Below, piece by piece: positions 9,165-19,126 of a DNA stretch of 39,062 nucleotides. Made by a program: the position numbers and the translations under genes. The notes beneath the pieces were generated by a model that made no database searches, had not been told where the DNA came from, and saw nothing but the letters and a program-made list of their open reading frames with translations. Numbering within the stretch: the first letter of the stretch is position 1; each line of letters starts with the position of its first letter. Location of the stretch: positions 1-39,062 of the forward strand of contig JABMRJ010000056.1 in assembly GCA_013202745.1 (NCBI GenBank), read 5' to 3'. The DNA comes from Candidatus Omnitrophota bacterium (lineage in GTDB: Bacteria; Omnitrophota; Gorgyraeia; JABMRJ01).

Positions 9165-10091
9165 TTACTTAAACCACGCTATTGTTTTCTTAAGTCCGTC
9201 ATTTAAAGAAATCTGTGCCTGCCATTTAAGCCGCTTCTTTGCAAGTGCATTATCCGGCCGCCTCATTTTAGGGTCATTCACAGGAAGGGATTTATACTCT
9301 ATCCGTGATTTTGAACCGGCCATCTTAATGACAGTCTTGGCAAGCTCCAGTATGGTAAGCTCATCAGGGTTGCCGAGATTGACCGGATCATTTATGTCTG
9401 AGACCATCAATTTATATATACCCTCTACGAGATCTGATATATAGCAAAAACTCCTCGTCTGCTTTCCCTTGCCGAATACCGTAAGTGGTTTTCCATCAAG
9501 CGCCTGTTCCACAAACGTAGGTATCGCCCTGCCGTCATCCCGGCGCATCCTTTCGCCGTAAGTATTGAATATACGCACTATCTTGGTATCTAATTTATGC
9601 GTATTATGGTAGGCCATCGTTATGGCCTCTGCAAAGCGCTTCGCCTCATCATAACATCCCCTCGGCCCAACACAGTTTACATTGCCCCAGTAGCTTTCAG
9701 GCTGTGGATTTACAAGGGGGTCTCCGTAAATCTCCGATGTAGAGGCCAGGAGAAAGGTCGCCCCTTTTGCCTTAGCTACACCGAGCGCATTGTGCGTACC
9801 GAGAGAGCCCACCTTTAATGTCTGTATAGGAAAAACTTTATAGTCCATGGGGCTTGCAGGCGATGCAAAGTGGAGCACATAATCGATCGCCTCATTTATC
9901 TCTATATATTTTGTGACATCCTGTTCTATAAACTCAAAGTCCGATCCGCCCTTTAAGTGCGCTATATTTTCATGCTTCCCGGTAATGAGATTGTCCATCG
10001 CTATAACACGATATCCTTTTTTCAAGAGATAGTCGCATAGATGAGAACCGATAAAACCGGCACCGCCTGTTATGAGTACGTTCTTCTTCAC
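9165..10091 (-). CDS. UDP-glucuronic acid decarboxylase (UDP-xylose synthase family)
   Basis: [46 protein letters not shown] and RIFNTYG. Confidence 0.92.
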   Translation of the reverse strand: MKKNVLITGGAGFIGSHLCDYLLKKGYRVIAMDNLITGKHENIAHLKGGSDFEFIEQDVTKYIEINEAIDYVLHFASPASPMDYKVFPIQTLKVGSLGTHNALGVAKAKGATFLLASTSEIYGDPLVNPQPESYWGNVNCVGPRGCYDEAKRFAEAITMAYHNTHKLDTKIVRIFNTYGERMRRDDGRAIPTFVEQALDGKPLTVFGKGKQTRSFCYISDLVEGIYKLMVSDINDPVNLGNPDELTILELAKTVIKMAGSKSRIEYKSLPVNDPKMRRPDNALAKKRLKWQAQISLNDGLKKTIAWFK

Positions 10092-10111
10092 ATCGCCTCC
10101 ATCTCTATAGA

Positions 10112-11062
10112 TTAAGAGAGTTCTACCTTGTTTGCATCAAACCACTTAAGCGTCTCTTTGAGCCCATCTTTAAAGCTGATTTTGGGAATCACCTTAAGTT
10201 TCTTCTTTAGCTTGCTCACATCGGCCTCTGTCCTCTTTACATCCCCTGCTCTCGTAGGCCCGAATTTGGGCGTAATATTCTTCTTCATAAGCTCGTTTAG
10301 GATATTGACCAGATCGAGGATAGAATACGCTTCCCCGCGCGCTACATTGAATACCTCGCCGCGTTTTCCAGTCTTAAACGAGGATGCCTTTATGTTGGCG
10401 TCCACGACATTCTTGACGAACGTAAAGTCCCTCGACTGCTCACCGTCGCCATCTATTAGCGGAGACTCACCTTTAAGCATCCTGAATATAAAGGCCGGGA
10501 TGACACAGGAGTACTTGGACTCAGGGTTCTGCCTTGGTCCGAATACGTTAAAATATCTCAGCGAAACCGTCTCGAGCCCATACGTTGCAGTAAACGTCTT
10601 GCAGTAATACTCCCCTGTAAGCTTTGAGACGGCATATGGTGATATGGGGCCCGGAAGATCTTCCTCATTCTCAGGAAATTTATTCGTCTCGCCGTAGCAG
10701 GAGCTGCTCGATGCATAGACAAGCCTCTTGACGCCGGCTTCTTTAGCCGCTATAAGGACATTGAGTGTCCCGTTTACATTTATATCGTTTGTGAGCGTTG
10801 GATTATCCACAGATTTTGGTACTGATCGGAAGGCGGCCTGGTGCAGGACAAACTCTATCCCCTTGGTGGCTTTTCTCATATGATCGATATCTCTTATGTC
10901 ACCTTCAACAAGCTCTATCTTTTCCATTACATCTTTTAGGTTCTCTCTTCTTCCTGTCATAAAATTATCTATGACCCTCACGTCATGCCCTTGTCTTAGA
11001 AGCTCGTCCACTATATTTGAGCCGATAAAACCCGCGCCTCCTGTTACCAGAAATTTACTCAT
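10112..11062 (-). CDS. UDP-GlcNAc/GlcNAcA 4-epimerase-like extended SDR (WbpP/TviC type)
   Basis: [31 protein letters not shown] and [13 protein letters not shown]. Confidence 0.85.
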   Translation of the reverse strand: MSKFLVTGGAGFIGSNIVDELLRQGHDVRVIDNFMTGRRENLKDVMEKIELVEGDIRDIDHMRKATKGIEFVLHQAAFRSVPKSVDNPTLTNDINVNGTLNVLIAAKEAGVKRLVYASSSSCYGETNKFPENEEDLPGPISPYAVSKLTGEYYCKTFTATYGLETVSLRYFNVFGPRQNPESKYSCVIPAFIFRMLKGESPLIDGDGEQSRDFTFVKNVVDANIKASSFKTGKRGEVFNVARGEAYSILDLVNILNELMKKNITPKFGPTRAGDVKRTEADVSKLKKKLKVIPKISFKDGLKETLKWFDANKVELS

Positions 11063-12366
11063 AATTTTATAACTCTCCTTCCCTTCTTCAATATATTCTT
11101 GGTAGCGTTTCTCGTATCAAAAACAAGCTTTGAGTTCTTGACTATGCTTCCATAATTATATGCGCTATGGTCTGTAATAATAGCCACGCAATCCCTCTGC
11201 TTAAGCATCCTCGGTGTAGGCTCAACAGCCCTAAGGCGCCTGCCTTCCACGATGCACTCTTTCGTGTACGGGTCAGAATAGGATATATCCGCCCCCTTAT
11301 TCTTAAGGAGCCTCAATATCTCAAGCGCCGGAGATTCCCTCGTATCGCTGACATCCCTTTTATATGATATGCCTATTACGTGGACCTTTGCGTCCATTAC
11401 GGTCTTCTTCTTCTCGTTTAATATACCTATTATCCTTGATACCACATACTCCGGCATGCCAGAATTTATCCTGTCTGCCAGATCTATAAACTTTGCCTCA
11501 AACCCGTGCAGCCTCGCCTTCCATGCAAGATATATAGGATCGAGCGGTATGCAATGGCCTCCTATGCCCGGCCCCGGGTAGAAAGGTATGAATCCAAAAG
11601 GTTTCGATCCTGCGGCATCTATCGTCTCCCATACATCGAGCCCCAGCTTATTGCACATGAGCGCTATCTCATTTACTAGGGCGATATTGACGCTTCTGAA
11701 TGTATTCTCAAGGAGCTTGGCCATCTCAGCCGTCTTGGTAGATGAGACGAGGAATACGTCCTTTACCACAGATTTATAGAGATCCCTTGCCAGTATGCCG
11801 GAAGACCTATTAATGCCTCCCACTATCTTCGGTATATCCTTAGTCTTGTAGACCTTATTGGCCGGATCGACCCTCTCAGGAGAAAAAGCAAGGTAGAAAT
11901 CCTTGCCGCATTTAAGCCCATTTGATTCTAATAGCGGCAAGACTATCTCATCGGTAGTCCCGGGATATGTGGTACTCTCCAATACTATGAGCTGCCCGCT
12001 CCTCTTGTGTTGCATTATGGACTTAACGGCACTGAGTATATAAGAGATATCGGGCTCCTTTGTCTTAGAGAGAGGCGTCGGTACGCAGATTATAATCACG
12101 TCCAGGCTCTTTATCACGCTGTAACTTGTTGTGGGCCTGAATGCCTTGCTCTTGAGGAGTTTCGCAATGTCAGATGAGAGTACGTCCATAATGTAGGACC
12201 GCCCTTTCTTAAGCTTCTCTATCTGCTTTTTATTTATGTCGATGCCGTATGTAATAAACCCTGCCTTTGCGAATTCGATAGCAAGTGGGAGGCCTACGTA
12301 CCCCAGGCCTATAATACCTACTTTCGCTTTTCTATTATTAATCTTTTTATGTAATACCTTATACAT
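11059..12366 (-). CDS. UDP-N-acetylhexosamine 6-dehydrogenase (WbpA/WbpO/TviB family)
   Basis: GLGYVGLPLA, ICVPTP, LESTTYPGTT, FSPERVDP, KLLENTFR and GPGIGGHCIPLDP. Confidence 0.9.
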   Translation of the reverse strand: MYKVLHKKINNRKAKVGIIGLGYVGLPLAIEFAKAGFITYGIDINKKQIEKLKKGRSYIMDVLSSDIAKLLKSKAFRPTTSYSVIKSLDVIIICVPTPLSKTKEPDISYILSAVKSIMQHKRSGQLIVLESTTYPGTTDEIVLPLLESNGLKCGKDFYLAFSPERVDPANKVYKTKDIPKIVGGINRSSGILARDLYKSVVKDVFLVSSTKTAEMAKLLENTFRSVNIALVNEIALMCNKLGLDVWETIDAAGSKPFGFIPFYPGPGIGGHCIPLDPIYLAWKARLHGFEAKFIDLADRINSGMPEYVVSRIIGILNEKKKTVMDAKVHVIGISYKRDVSDTRESPALEILRLLKNKGADISYSDPYTKECIVEGRRLRAVEPTPRMLKQRDCVAIITDHSAYNYGSIVKNSKLVFDTRNATKNILKKGRRVIKL

Positions 12367-13279
12367 CCTTGCCTCTCCTTTTTAGTAAGATATAATCTTC
12401 AAGCGCTCTGTTCCAATTTCTTAAAGGTTTACCGGAAAGTTTAATATAACGGTTATTGTCCAGCACAGACATCCTCGGCCTCTCTGCAGGTCTATCGAGC
12501 TCGTCCGATACTATAGGTATAAGCTCTACATCGTAAATCCTGTAGTATTCCAGTGTCTTCTGGGCCAATTTGTACCATGAACAGTCATCGTTATTCGTAA
12601 TATGATATACGCCTCTTGATATTCTCCTCTGCGCAGCAATCTCTAGCAATCTTTTGACGGCAGAGGCCAGATCCAGGGTGTATGTCGGTGATCCAAACTG
12701 GTCGCTTACAACCTTCAGGTTCTTGGCATTCTGCGCATTCTTTATTATAGTATCCACAAAATTCTTCCCTCCCGGGCCAAAGATCCAGCTCGTCCTTATG
12801 ATGAAGTAGCTCTTCTCCTTCATTATCTCTTTTATAAACCGCTCACCATCGAGCTTGGATCTGCCGTATACATTTATAGGGTTTGGGGTATCGTCTTCCG
12901 CATACGGCACCCTCTTCCGGCCGTCAAAAACAAAATCTGTGCTTATATATACAAGTGTTGCATTACACTCCCGAGCGATCTCTGCTATATGGCGCGTACC
13001 CAATCCGTTTGCAGTCTCCGCCTTGTCCGGATCGAGCTCGCAGCCGTCTACATCCGTAAAGGCAGCGGCATGTATTATGGTATCCGGCTTTATCTTCTTT
13101 ACAGCTGCAGTCAATTTATCATAATTAGTCACATCGCATTTTACAAAAGAGCTTGGCTTCTTACCGCATTTTGTTGGCGTTAAATCCATGCCCGCTATAT
13201 TGCATGACGCATCCTTTGAGAATGCATCACGCAGGGCGTACCCCAGCATGCCGCTTGAGCCTGTTATGAGCAGCTTCAT
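12359..13279 (-). CDS. rfbD: dTDP-4-dehydrorhamnose reductase
   Basis: ITGSSGMLG, AAFTDVDGCE, YISTDFVFDG, YGRSK and DQFGSPT. Start at ATG 13279 overlaps the rfbB stop (TGATG). Confidence 0.92.
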   Translation of the reverse strand: MKLLITGSSGMLGYALRDAFSKDASCNIAGMDLTPTKCGKKPSSFVKCDVTNYDKLTAAVKKIKPDTIIHAAAFTDVDGCELDPDKAETANGLGTRHIAEIARECNATLVYISTDFVFDGRKRVPYAEDDTPNPINVYGRSKLDGERFIKEIMKEKSYFIIRTSWIFGPGGKNFVDTIIKNAQNAKNLKVVSDQFGSPTYTLDLASAVKRLLEIAAQRRISRGVYHITNNDDCSWYKLAQKTLEYYRIYDVELIPIVSDELDRPAERPRMSVLDNNRYIKLSGKPLRNWNRALEDYILLKRRGKDV

Positions 13280-14247
13280 CAAACGCTTCTCTCCTTTAGG
13301 GGTCTCCACCAGGTTCTATTATCCTTGTACCATTGCACGGTAAGTTCTAACGCCTTATAAAAATCGCACTTTGGCTTCCAGCCGAGGGTCTCAAGCTTGC
13401 GGGAGTTTACAGCATACCGCTTATCATGGCCGGGCCTATCCTTTACAAACTCTATGAGGCCTTTAGGCTTTTCCATTATCTTGAGGATGGTTTGCGTGAG
13501 TTCTAGATTAGTCTTTTCGTTGCCACCGCCTATATTGTAGATCTGGCCTGCTTTACCTTTCTGGAAGACACAATTTATCGCCTCGCAGTTATCGAGGACA
13601 TATATCCAGTCACGCTTATTCTTGCCGTCTGCATAAAGCGGGAGTTTTTTGTCTTCGAGCGCATTGGTTATAAAGAGCGGTATTACCTTCTCGGGAAATT
13701 GATATTGCCCGAAATTGTTCGAGCTCCTGACTATTACAACGGGGGTCTCGTATGTAACAAAATAGGAGTGGCAGAGAAGGTCCCCTGCGGCCTTGCTTGC
13801 AGAATACGGGCTTGAAGGCATAAGACAATCGGTCTCTTTAGAATAACCCTCTTTTACGCTGCCGTAGACTTCATCGGTCGAGATCTGAATAAATCTGGGA
13901 ATGGAAAATTTTTTGACGGCATCAAGGATCACCTGGACACCGCCTATATTTGTCCTCATAAAACTCTCGGGATCCTTTATCGACCTATCGACATGTGACT
14001 CTGCCGCGAAATTTATGACCGCATCACATCCTAAAACAAGCTTCTCTACTATTGCCTTGTCGCATATATCGCCCCTTACGAATTTATAACGCGGGTCTTT
14101 CTCGCAATCCTTCAAATTATTTTTATTTCCCGCATAGGTAAGCTTATCAAGGTTGACTATCGTATAATCTCTGTAATTATTCAGGAAATATCTTATAAAA
14201 TTTGAGCCTATAAAACCGGCCCCGCCTGTAATGAGGATCTTCTTCAT
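13279..14247 (-). CDS. rfbB: dTDP-glucose 4,6-dehydratase
   Basis: [43 protein letters not shown] and DRPGHDKRY. Confidence 0.95.
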   Translation of the reverse strand: MKKILITGGAGFIGSNFIRYFLNNYRDYTIVNLDKLTYAGNKNNLKDCEKDPRYKFVRGDICDKAIVEKLVLGCDAVINFAAESHVDRSIKDPESFMRTNIGGVQVILDAVKKFSIPRFIQISTDEVYGSVKEGYSKETDCLMPSSPYSASKAAGDLLCHSYFVTYETPVVIVRSSNNFGQYQFPEKVIPLFITNALEDKKLPLYADGKNKRDWIYVLDNCEAINCVFQKGKAGQIYNIGGGNEKTNLELTQTILKIMEKPKGLIEFVKDRPGHDKRYAVNSRKLETLGWKPKCDFYKALELTVQWYKDNRTWWRPLKERSV

Positions 14248-14248
14248 A

Positions 14249-14989
14249 TCATCCCTTCCCCTTACCTTTTTCGTCTCTCATCTCCGCTACGAGGTTATTC
14301 GCCCTAAGCAGCGAATCGAATGTCCCGGAATCAGACCACCATCCATCAAGGATCTCATACTGCAGCTCGCCCTTTTTGAGATAGGCATTATTTACGTCTG
14401 TAATCTCAAGCTCGTTGCGGCGCGAAGGTTTGAGCAACTTGATAATATCGAAGACTTGATTGTCGTACATGTAGATGCCCGTGACCACACAATTAGACTT
14501 CGGCCTCTTGGGTTTCTCTTCTATGGATATGATCTTTTTATTCTTTATCTCCACAGCCCCAAAGCGTTCCGGATCGGTGACCTCTTTTATGAGTATCCTC
14601 GCCCCTGCAGCCTGTCTCCGGAAATTGGTAACGGCCTTCTTGATACTCTTTTCTATTATATTGTCACCCAGCATCACGACGACCTTGTCGCCGTCCGCAA
14701 AATGTTCTGCAAGATCAAGGGCTGCGGCTATACCGCCCTCACCTTCCTGGTATGTGTAATTTAAGTGTTTGAGGCCGAATTCTGAGCCATTCCCCAATAA
14801 CCGCAAGAACTCACCTGCATGATTGCCGCCCGTCACTATGAGTATATTTTCTATGCCGGCATCGACCAATGTCTGGAGAGGATAATATATCATAGGTTTA
14901 GAATGGATCGGCAATAGGTGCTTATTCGTTACTTTCGTTAAAGGGTATAGCCTAGTACCGAGCCCGCCTGCCAGGATTATACCTTTCAT
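14249..14989 (-). CDS. rfbA: Glucose-1-phosphate thymidylyltransferase (short RmlA/SpsI type)
   Basis: ILAGGLGTRLYPLT, NKHLLP..KPMIYYP, EEKP, ELEITDVN and WWSDSGT. Confidence 0.9.
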   Translation of the reverse strand: MKGIILAGGLGTRLYPLTKVTNKHLLPIHSKPMIYYPLQTLVDAGIENILIVTGGNHAGEFLRLLGNGSEFGLKHLNYTYQEGEGGIAAALDLAEHFADGDKVVVMLGDNIIEKSIKKAVTNFRRQAAGARILIKEVTDPERFGAVEIKNKKIISIEEKPKRPKSNCVVTGIYMYDNQVFDIIKLLKPSRRNELEITDVNNAYLKKGELQYEILDGWWSDSGTFDSLLRANNLVAEMRDEKGKGKG

Positions 14990-15014
14990 CCTTACCTCCT
15001 TCTAGATACAGATA

Positions 15015-15464
15015 TTATAAAGTACATAATTTGTCCCAATCGTAAAAGGTATTCTTTACACGGAATTCATCAGGGTCAGATCTGTTGTATTCGTAGTCTA
15101 TGCAGTTTATCACGATGGCCTCGCCTTTCACACTCTTGAAGGCATGGAGAACGCCATTCGGTATCTTGATCATACGAGGTTCATCCTCACCTATCTTGAA
15201 TTCATTTATCTCGCCCTTTGTGCCGGAACCCGCTCTTGAGTCGACCAAGACAAGCTTCATCACCCCTTTTATGCAGGTAAAGAAGTCTGTCTGCCTCTTA
15301 TGCATATGGAAATTATCTTTATCCTTAACGGTTCCTTCGTATGCGGTAGTCATGTAGACCTGCTGAGGCCCTACACCGCTGTCTGATACGCGGAATATCT
15401 CCATGAGCCTGCCCCGCCCATCTGAATGGACTTTCAGTTTTCTAACCTCTACGCCATCTATCAT
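15015..15464 (-). CDS. rfbC: dTDP-4-dehydrorhamnose 3,5-epimerase family cupin (short RmlC type)
   Basis: HSDGRGRLMEIFR, HMHKRQTD and IPNGVLHAFK; adjacent to rfbABD. Confidence 0.8.
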   Translation of the reverse strand: MIDGVEVRKLKVHSDGRGRLMEIFRVSDSGVGPQQVYMTTAYEGTVKDKDNFHMHKRQTDFFTCIKGVMKLVLVDSRAGSGTKGEINEFKIGEDEPRMIKIPNGVLHAFKSVKGEAIVINCIDYEYNRSDPDEFRVKNTFYDWDKLCTL

Positions 15465-15485
15465 AATGACCCCTTAAGATTATTT

Positions 15486-16787
15486 CTATTTATTCCTGCC
15501 TATACCTATATATTTAAAACCCAGCCTCTTCATTTTCTTTGGATCGTATATATTCCTGCAATCCATGATAAACGGCTTGTTGAGCAATTTTTTTATCCTT
15601 GTAAAGTCCAGCTCCTTAAATTCATTCCATTCGGTAATCAATATAAGACAGTCGCTCTTTTCGGCAGCAGCATAAGGGCTCTTGCAGAATTGGATGCCCT
15701 TCAATTCTTTCTTTGCCCTCTTCATAGCCTTGGGGTCATATGCCTTTATCTTGGCCCCTTCGCTCTGGAGTATCCTTATTATATCGATTGCAGGGGCATA
15801 TCTTATATCGTCTGTATTCGGCTTGAAGGAGAGGCCGAGCACGCCTACGACCTTCTTATCGAGATCCTGCAAGTTCTGTTTTATCTTACCTATAATTACT
15901 GCCTTCTGCTCTGTATTTATCCTATCGACTTCCCTAAGCAGTCCGAAATCATACCCCAGCTTTTCGCAGATATGGACAAACGCAAGCAGGTCCTTGGGAA
16001 AACAGAAGCCCCCGAATCCTGCACCGGCATTCAGGAATGCCTTTCCGATCCTCTTGTCCATGCCCATGCCCCTGGCAACCTCTATGACATCGGCCCCGGT
16101 CTTTTCGCATATATTGCTTATGGCATTTATGAATGATATCTTGGTAGCGAGAAAAGAATTTGAGGCGTGTTTAATGATCTCTGCGCTCTTTATGTTGGTT
16201 ACAATTATGGGGGCCCTCAATGGCCTGTAGAGCTCTGCAAGGAGCCCTTTTGCCTTTTTAGTCTCAACGCCTATTACTATGCGGTCCGGATGCATAAAGT
16301 CATCTATGGCCGAACCTTCACTTAAGAATTCCGGGTTGGAGGCGACATCAAAAGAGACCTTCCGCTTAAGATTCTGCTTTATTATCTGCTCTACCCACTC
16401 TCCGGTCTCTATTGGAACTGTACTCTTCTCCACTATCAGCTTATATGAGGTCATATTATTCGCGATTTGGCAGCAGACATTTTCAACATATGTAAGGTCC
16501 GCCTCTCCGCTTGGTTTAGGCGGTGTCCCTACGGCTATAAATATGATCTGTGCATTCTTCATGCCCGCCTTTATGCTCGTTGTAAAGAGAAGCCTCTTTT
16601 GCCTTAGGTTGCGTTTTACAAGCTCCTTGAGGCCCGGTTCGTATATTGTAACCTTGCCCTTTTTGAGGCTATTTATCTTAGACTTGTCAATATCGACGCA
16701 GACGACCTTATTGCCAAGCTCTGCAAAGCATGTGCCGGTTACCAAACCCACATAACCTGTGCCTATTACGCATATATTCACGATCAT
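15486..16787 (-). CDS. ugd: UDP-glucose 6-dehydrogenase
   Basis: GTGYVGL, IAVGTP, KSTVP, SNPEFLSEG, GFGGFCFPKD and FKPNTDD. Confidence 0.95.
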   Translation of the reverse strand: MIVNICVIGTGYVGLVTGTCFAELGNKVVCVDIDKSKINSLKKGKVTIYEPGLKELVKRNLRQKRLLFTTSIKAGMKNAQIIFIAVGTPPKPSGEADLTYVENVCCQIANNMTSYKLIVEKSTVPIETGEWVEQIIKQNLKRKVSFDVASNPEFLSEGSAIDDFMHPDRIVIGVETKKAKGLLAELYRPLRAPIIVTNIKSAEIIKHASNSFLATKISFINAISNICEKTGADVIEVARGMGMDKRIGKAFLNAGAGFGGFCFPKDLLAFVHICEKLGYDFGLLREVDRINTEQKAVIIGKIKQNLQDLDKKVVGVLGLSFKPNTDDIRYAPAIDIIRILQSEGAKIKAYDPKAMKRAKKELKGIQFCKSPYAAAEKSDCLILITEWNEFKELDFTRIKKLLNKPFIMDCRNIYDPKKMKRLGFKYIGIGRNK

Positions 16788-16833
16788 TCCTCCTCTTTAA
16801 ATATTACCATATTTGAGCGTTCTTTAGGGTATT

Positions 16834-16862
16834 ATAGTATCATAATTATATTATATAAGCAA
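16834..16862 (-). promoter_or_regulatory. Sigma70-type promoter for the ugd-led polysaccharide operon
   Basis: Minus strand TTGCTT-17 bp-TACTAT with an extended -10 TG, about 45 bp upstream of ugd; GAGGAG RBS before the start. Confidence 0.65.
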
Positions 16863-16879
16863 GAAGAATTAGGGAGGGG

Positions 16880-19126
16880 TTAGTTTGATGTTGGAATCTT
16901 CCTCTGTACGCCGGCCGTAGGGCCGCGATAGCTCGCGCTGAACATCTTAAATGGCAATTCCGGGAAGGCCTTTATGCGGAAGGTGATCCAGAATCTATGT
17001 TCCAGATCCACCTCCTGCTCTTCTGTCTCTTTTAACTGATAATTGAATTCGACAAGCCAGCAATGGAGATCCCGTTCTATACCATAAGTCTGCTCTTCAA
17101 GCACAAACTTATTATCATCGGAATCATTCTTTATCCTATGGTATGACTTGAGCTTCCATCTGGGGCTCAAGACATAAAAGGCATCACTGGTAAATTGGCT
17201 GCTTGAACTCTCCTGTTCATCCTCTTCAAACCTGAAGCCCCAGGCAAGGCCCCAGTGGCGCTCCATTCCCGCTATAAGATCTGCATTTATGCTATTGAGC
17301 CTATTCTCTTTCAGGTCATAATGTGAATCCGAATGGATCTCAAGCCAGGAGTACGGCCGCAGTATGAGCCCTGTGCGTATGTCTTTTATGCTCTTATTAT
17401 CCCTGGCGTGGAGCAAGAGCCCGGTGGAGGTTGAGAATCTTACGAGGTCGTGAACCTCCATATCGTCGCCGCGCTTGGTCTGCAGGGTATTTACAAGTGT
17501 GAAGTCCACCCCATTATGGCCCTCGATAGCATCTACACTATCAAACTGCTTAATGTCTTCCGTCTTCATATTGGGGGTGGGCGTATAATAATAGTCTATC
17601 AGTGGATTGATGACATGTCTCAACTTATTTATATCGAGCGCTAATGCATCTGTCTCGACATCAAATACCCTAAAAAATTTGGTGGAGAACCGCGTACCAA
17701 AGGTATAGACATGCCTCAGCTCATTCTCATTCTCCATATCATCCTCGGAGTACCACGTCTCCCTAAGGCCGATATAAGGATTACATGTCAAAAACCCGAA
17801 CTGTTTGCTAAGATGTGAAATCTCTTGTTCTGTATCAAACCTGTTTGCCTTTAGCTTTGGTTCTGTATCAGTATCCTTCATACGTCGAAACTTTCTCTGG
17901 AGCATTGCAAAGGATGTAGTGGATGTGTAATAAAAATCTGTCTCCCTTACCCTCTGGCTCGTTATATTCATCTTTAGCTCCGGGAGTTTTTCAACGACTT
18001 CATAGAAATTGTGGAGGCGGTACTTTGTCAAAAAGCTGAGATTATATCCGGGCCGAGTCTTTATTACAGAAAAGTAATTCTGTGGTTCGGATTCCTTGTC
18101 AAACTCATCCAGATAATAATAATCTTTCACAAAGAGGGAGTCGCTTACTTTATGGAACTCGCCTGTAGCAAGCGTATCCTGATCTATCTGCCACTTATGC
18201 CTCAGCTGCACCCTCCACCTCTTGTTGCCTACGCCCCTGCCCAGCTCTGATTCTTCAGGAGTAATCGAATGATTTTCGTCTGTATAGTAAAAACGGAGTA
18301 AACCTTTCCCAAAATAGCCTAACTTATATTTATAGTCGAAGCCCTCGGCAAAGCCCTTCTTCTCTCTCCAGTCAAGCCTTACATAACCGCGTGACCATTC
18401 GTGAAAATAGTATCTCCATGCGGTTAGGACATAAGCTCCCCATCTTGAGTTTCTTCCGGCCAGTATCGTTACGCGCGGCCTTTTGTCATTGAGCCAGTGG
18501 ACATAATAAGGAAAGTAGAACATAGGAAAGTCGCCTATAAAGATGATGAGGTGCCGGGCCTCGATCCTGTCATTGATAAATAATTTTATACGGCGCGCCT
18601 GTATCCTGTAATGCGGATGCGGCAGGTCGCACGTTGTAATAAAACCTCTCTCTATAGCGTACTCCCCATCTGCCACCTTTGAGCCTACCTCGCCTTCTCC
18701 ATACCACGGATTGCTTCGTACCTCCGCTTCTATGATAGTGCCTCTCTCTGTATCAAAGTTATAATTGACCTTTTCGCCCCTTATTATATTCCCGTGCTCG
18801 TAGAGCACGACATTGCCTTCGGCAAAGGCCTCCTTCGTCTCCATATGCACGACGATCTTGTCGCATGTCATCTTTACATCTTTATAGGTAATGACGACAT
18901 TCTTTACGCCTACAACCTTCTTCTCTTCATATAGATATTCGACCCTGTCTCCATCTACTATAATGGGTTCCTTATCTGAACCTGCCTCCGCTTGCGCGGA
19001 ATCGGAATCGAACATATCCTGCGCATATCCGATAACGGGATAAAAGACAAAGGGGATTATAATGCAGAAGAATGCTATTAAAATGAATAGTTTTTTTAAT
19101 TTATTATATATTTCCATCTCTCTCAA
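16880..19126 (-). CDS. lptD: LPS-assembly outer-membrane protein LptD
   Basis: N-terminal signal/TM, OstA-like jellyroll (AEGNVVL, GEKVNYNF), FITTCD.PHPHY motif, beta-barrel-like C-terminus with RDLHCW. The start codon is uncertain. Confidence 0.85.
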   Translation of the reverse strand: MREMEIYNKLKKLFILIAFFCIIIPFVFYPVIGYAQDMFDSDSAQAEAGSDKEPIIVDGDRVEYLYEEKKVVGVKNVVITYKDVKMTCDKIVVHMETKEAFAEGNVVLYEHGNIIRGEKVNYNFDTERGTIIEAEVRSNPWYGEGEVGSKVADGEYAIERGFITTCDLPHPHYRIQARRIKLFINDRIEARHLIIFIGDFPMFYFPYYVHWLNDKRPRVTILAGRNSRWGAYVLTAWRYYFHEWSRGYVRLDWREKKGFAEGFDYKYKLGYFGKGLLRFYYTDENHSITPEESELGRGVGNKRWRVQLRHKWQIDQDTLATGEFHKVSDSLFVKDYYYLDEFDKESEPQNYFSVIKTRPGYNLSFLTKYRLHNFYEVVEKLPELKMNITSQRVRETDFYYTSTTSFAMLQRKFRRMKDTDTEPKLKANRFDTEQEISHLSKQFGFLTCNPYIGLRETWYSEDDMENENELRHVYTFGTRFSTKFFRVFDVETDALALDINKLRHVINPLIDYYYTPTPNMKTEDIKQFDSVDAIEGHNGVDFTLVNTLQTKRGDDMEVHDLVRFSTSTGLLLHARDNKSIKDIRTGLILRPYSWLEIHSDSHYDLKENRLNSINADLIAGMERHWGLAWGFRFEEDEQESSSSQFTSDAFYVLSPRWKLKSYHRIKNDSDDNKFVLEEQTYGIERDLHCWLVEFNYQLKETEEQEVDLEHRFWITFRIKAFPELPFKMFSASYRGPTAGVQRKIPTSN

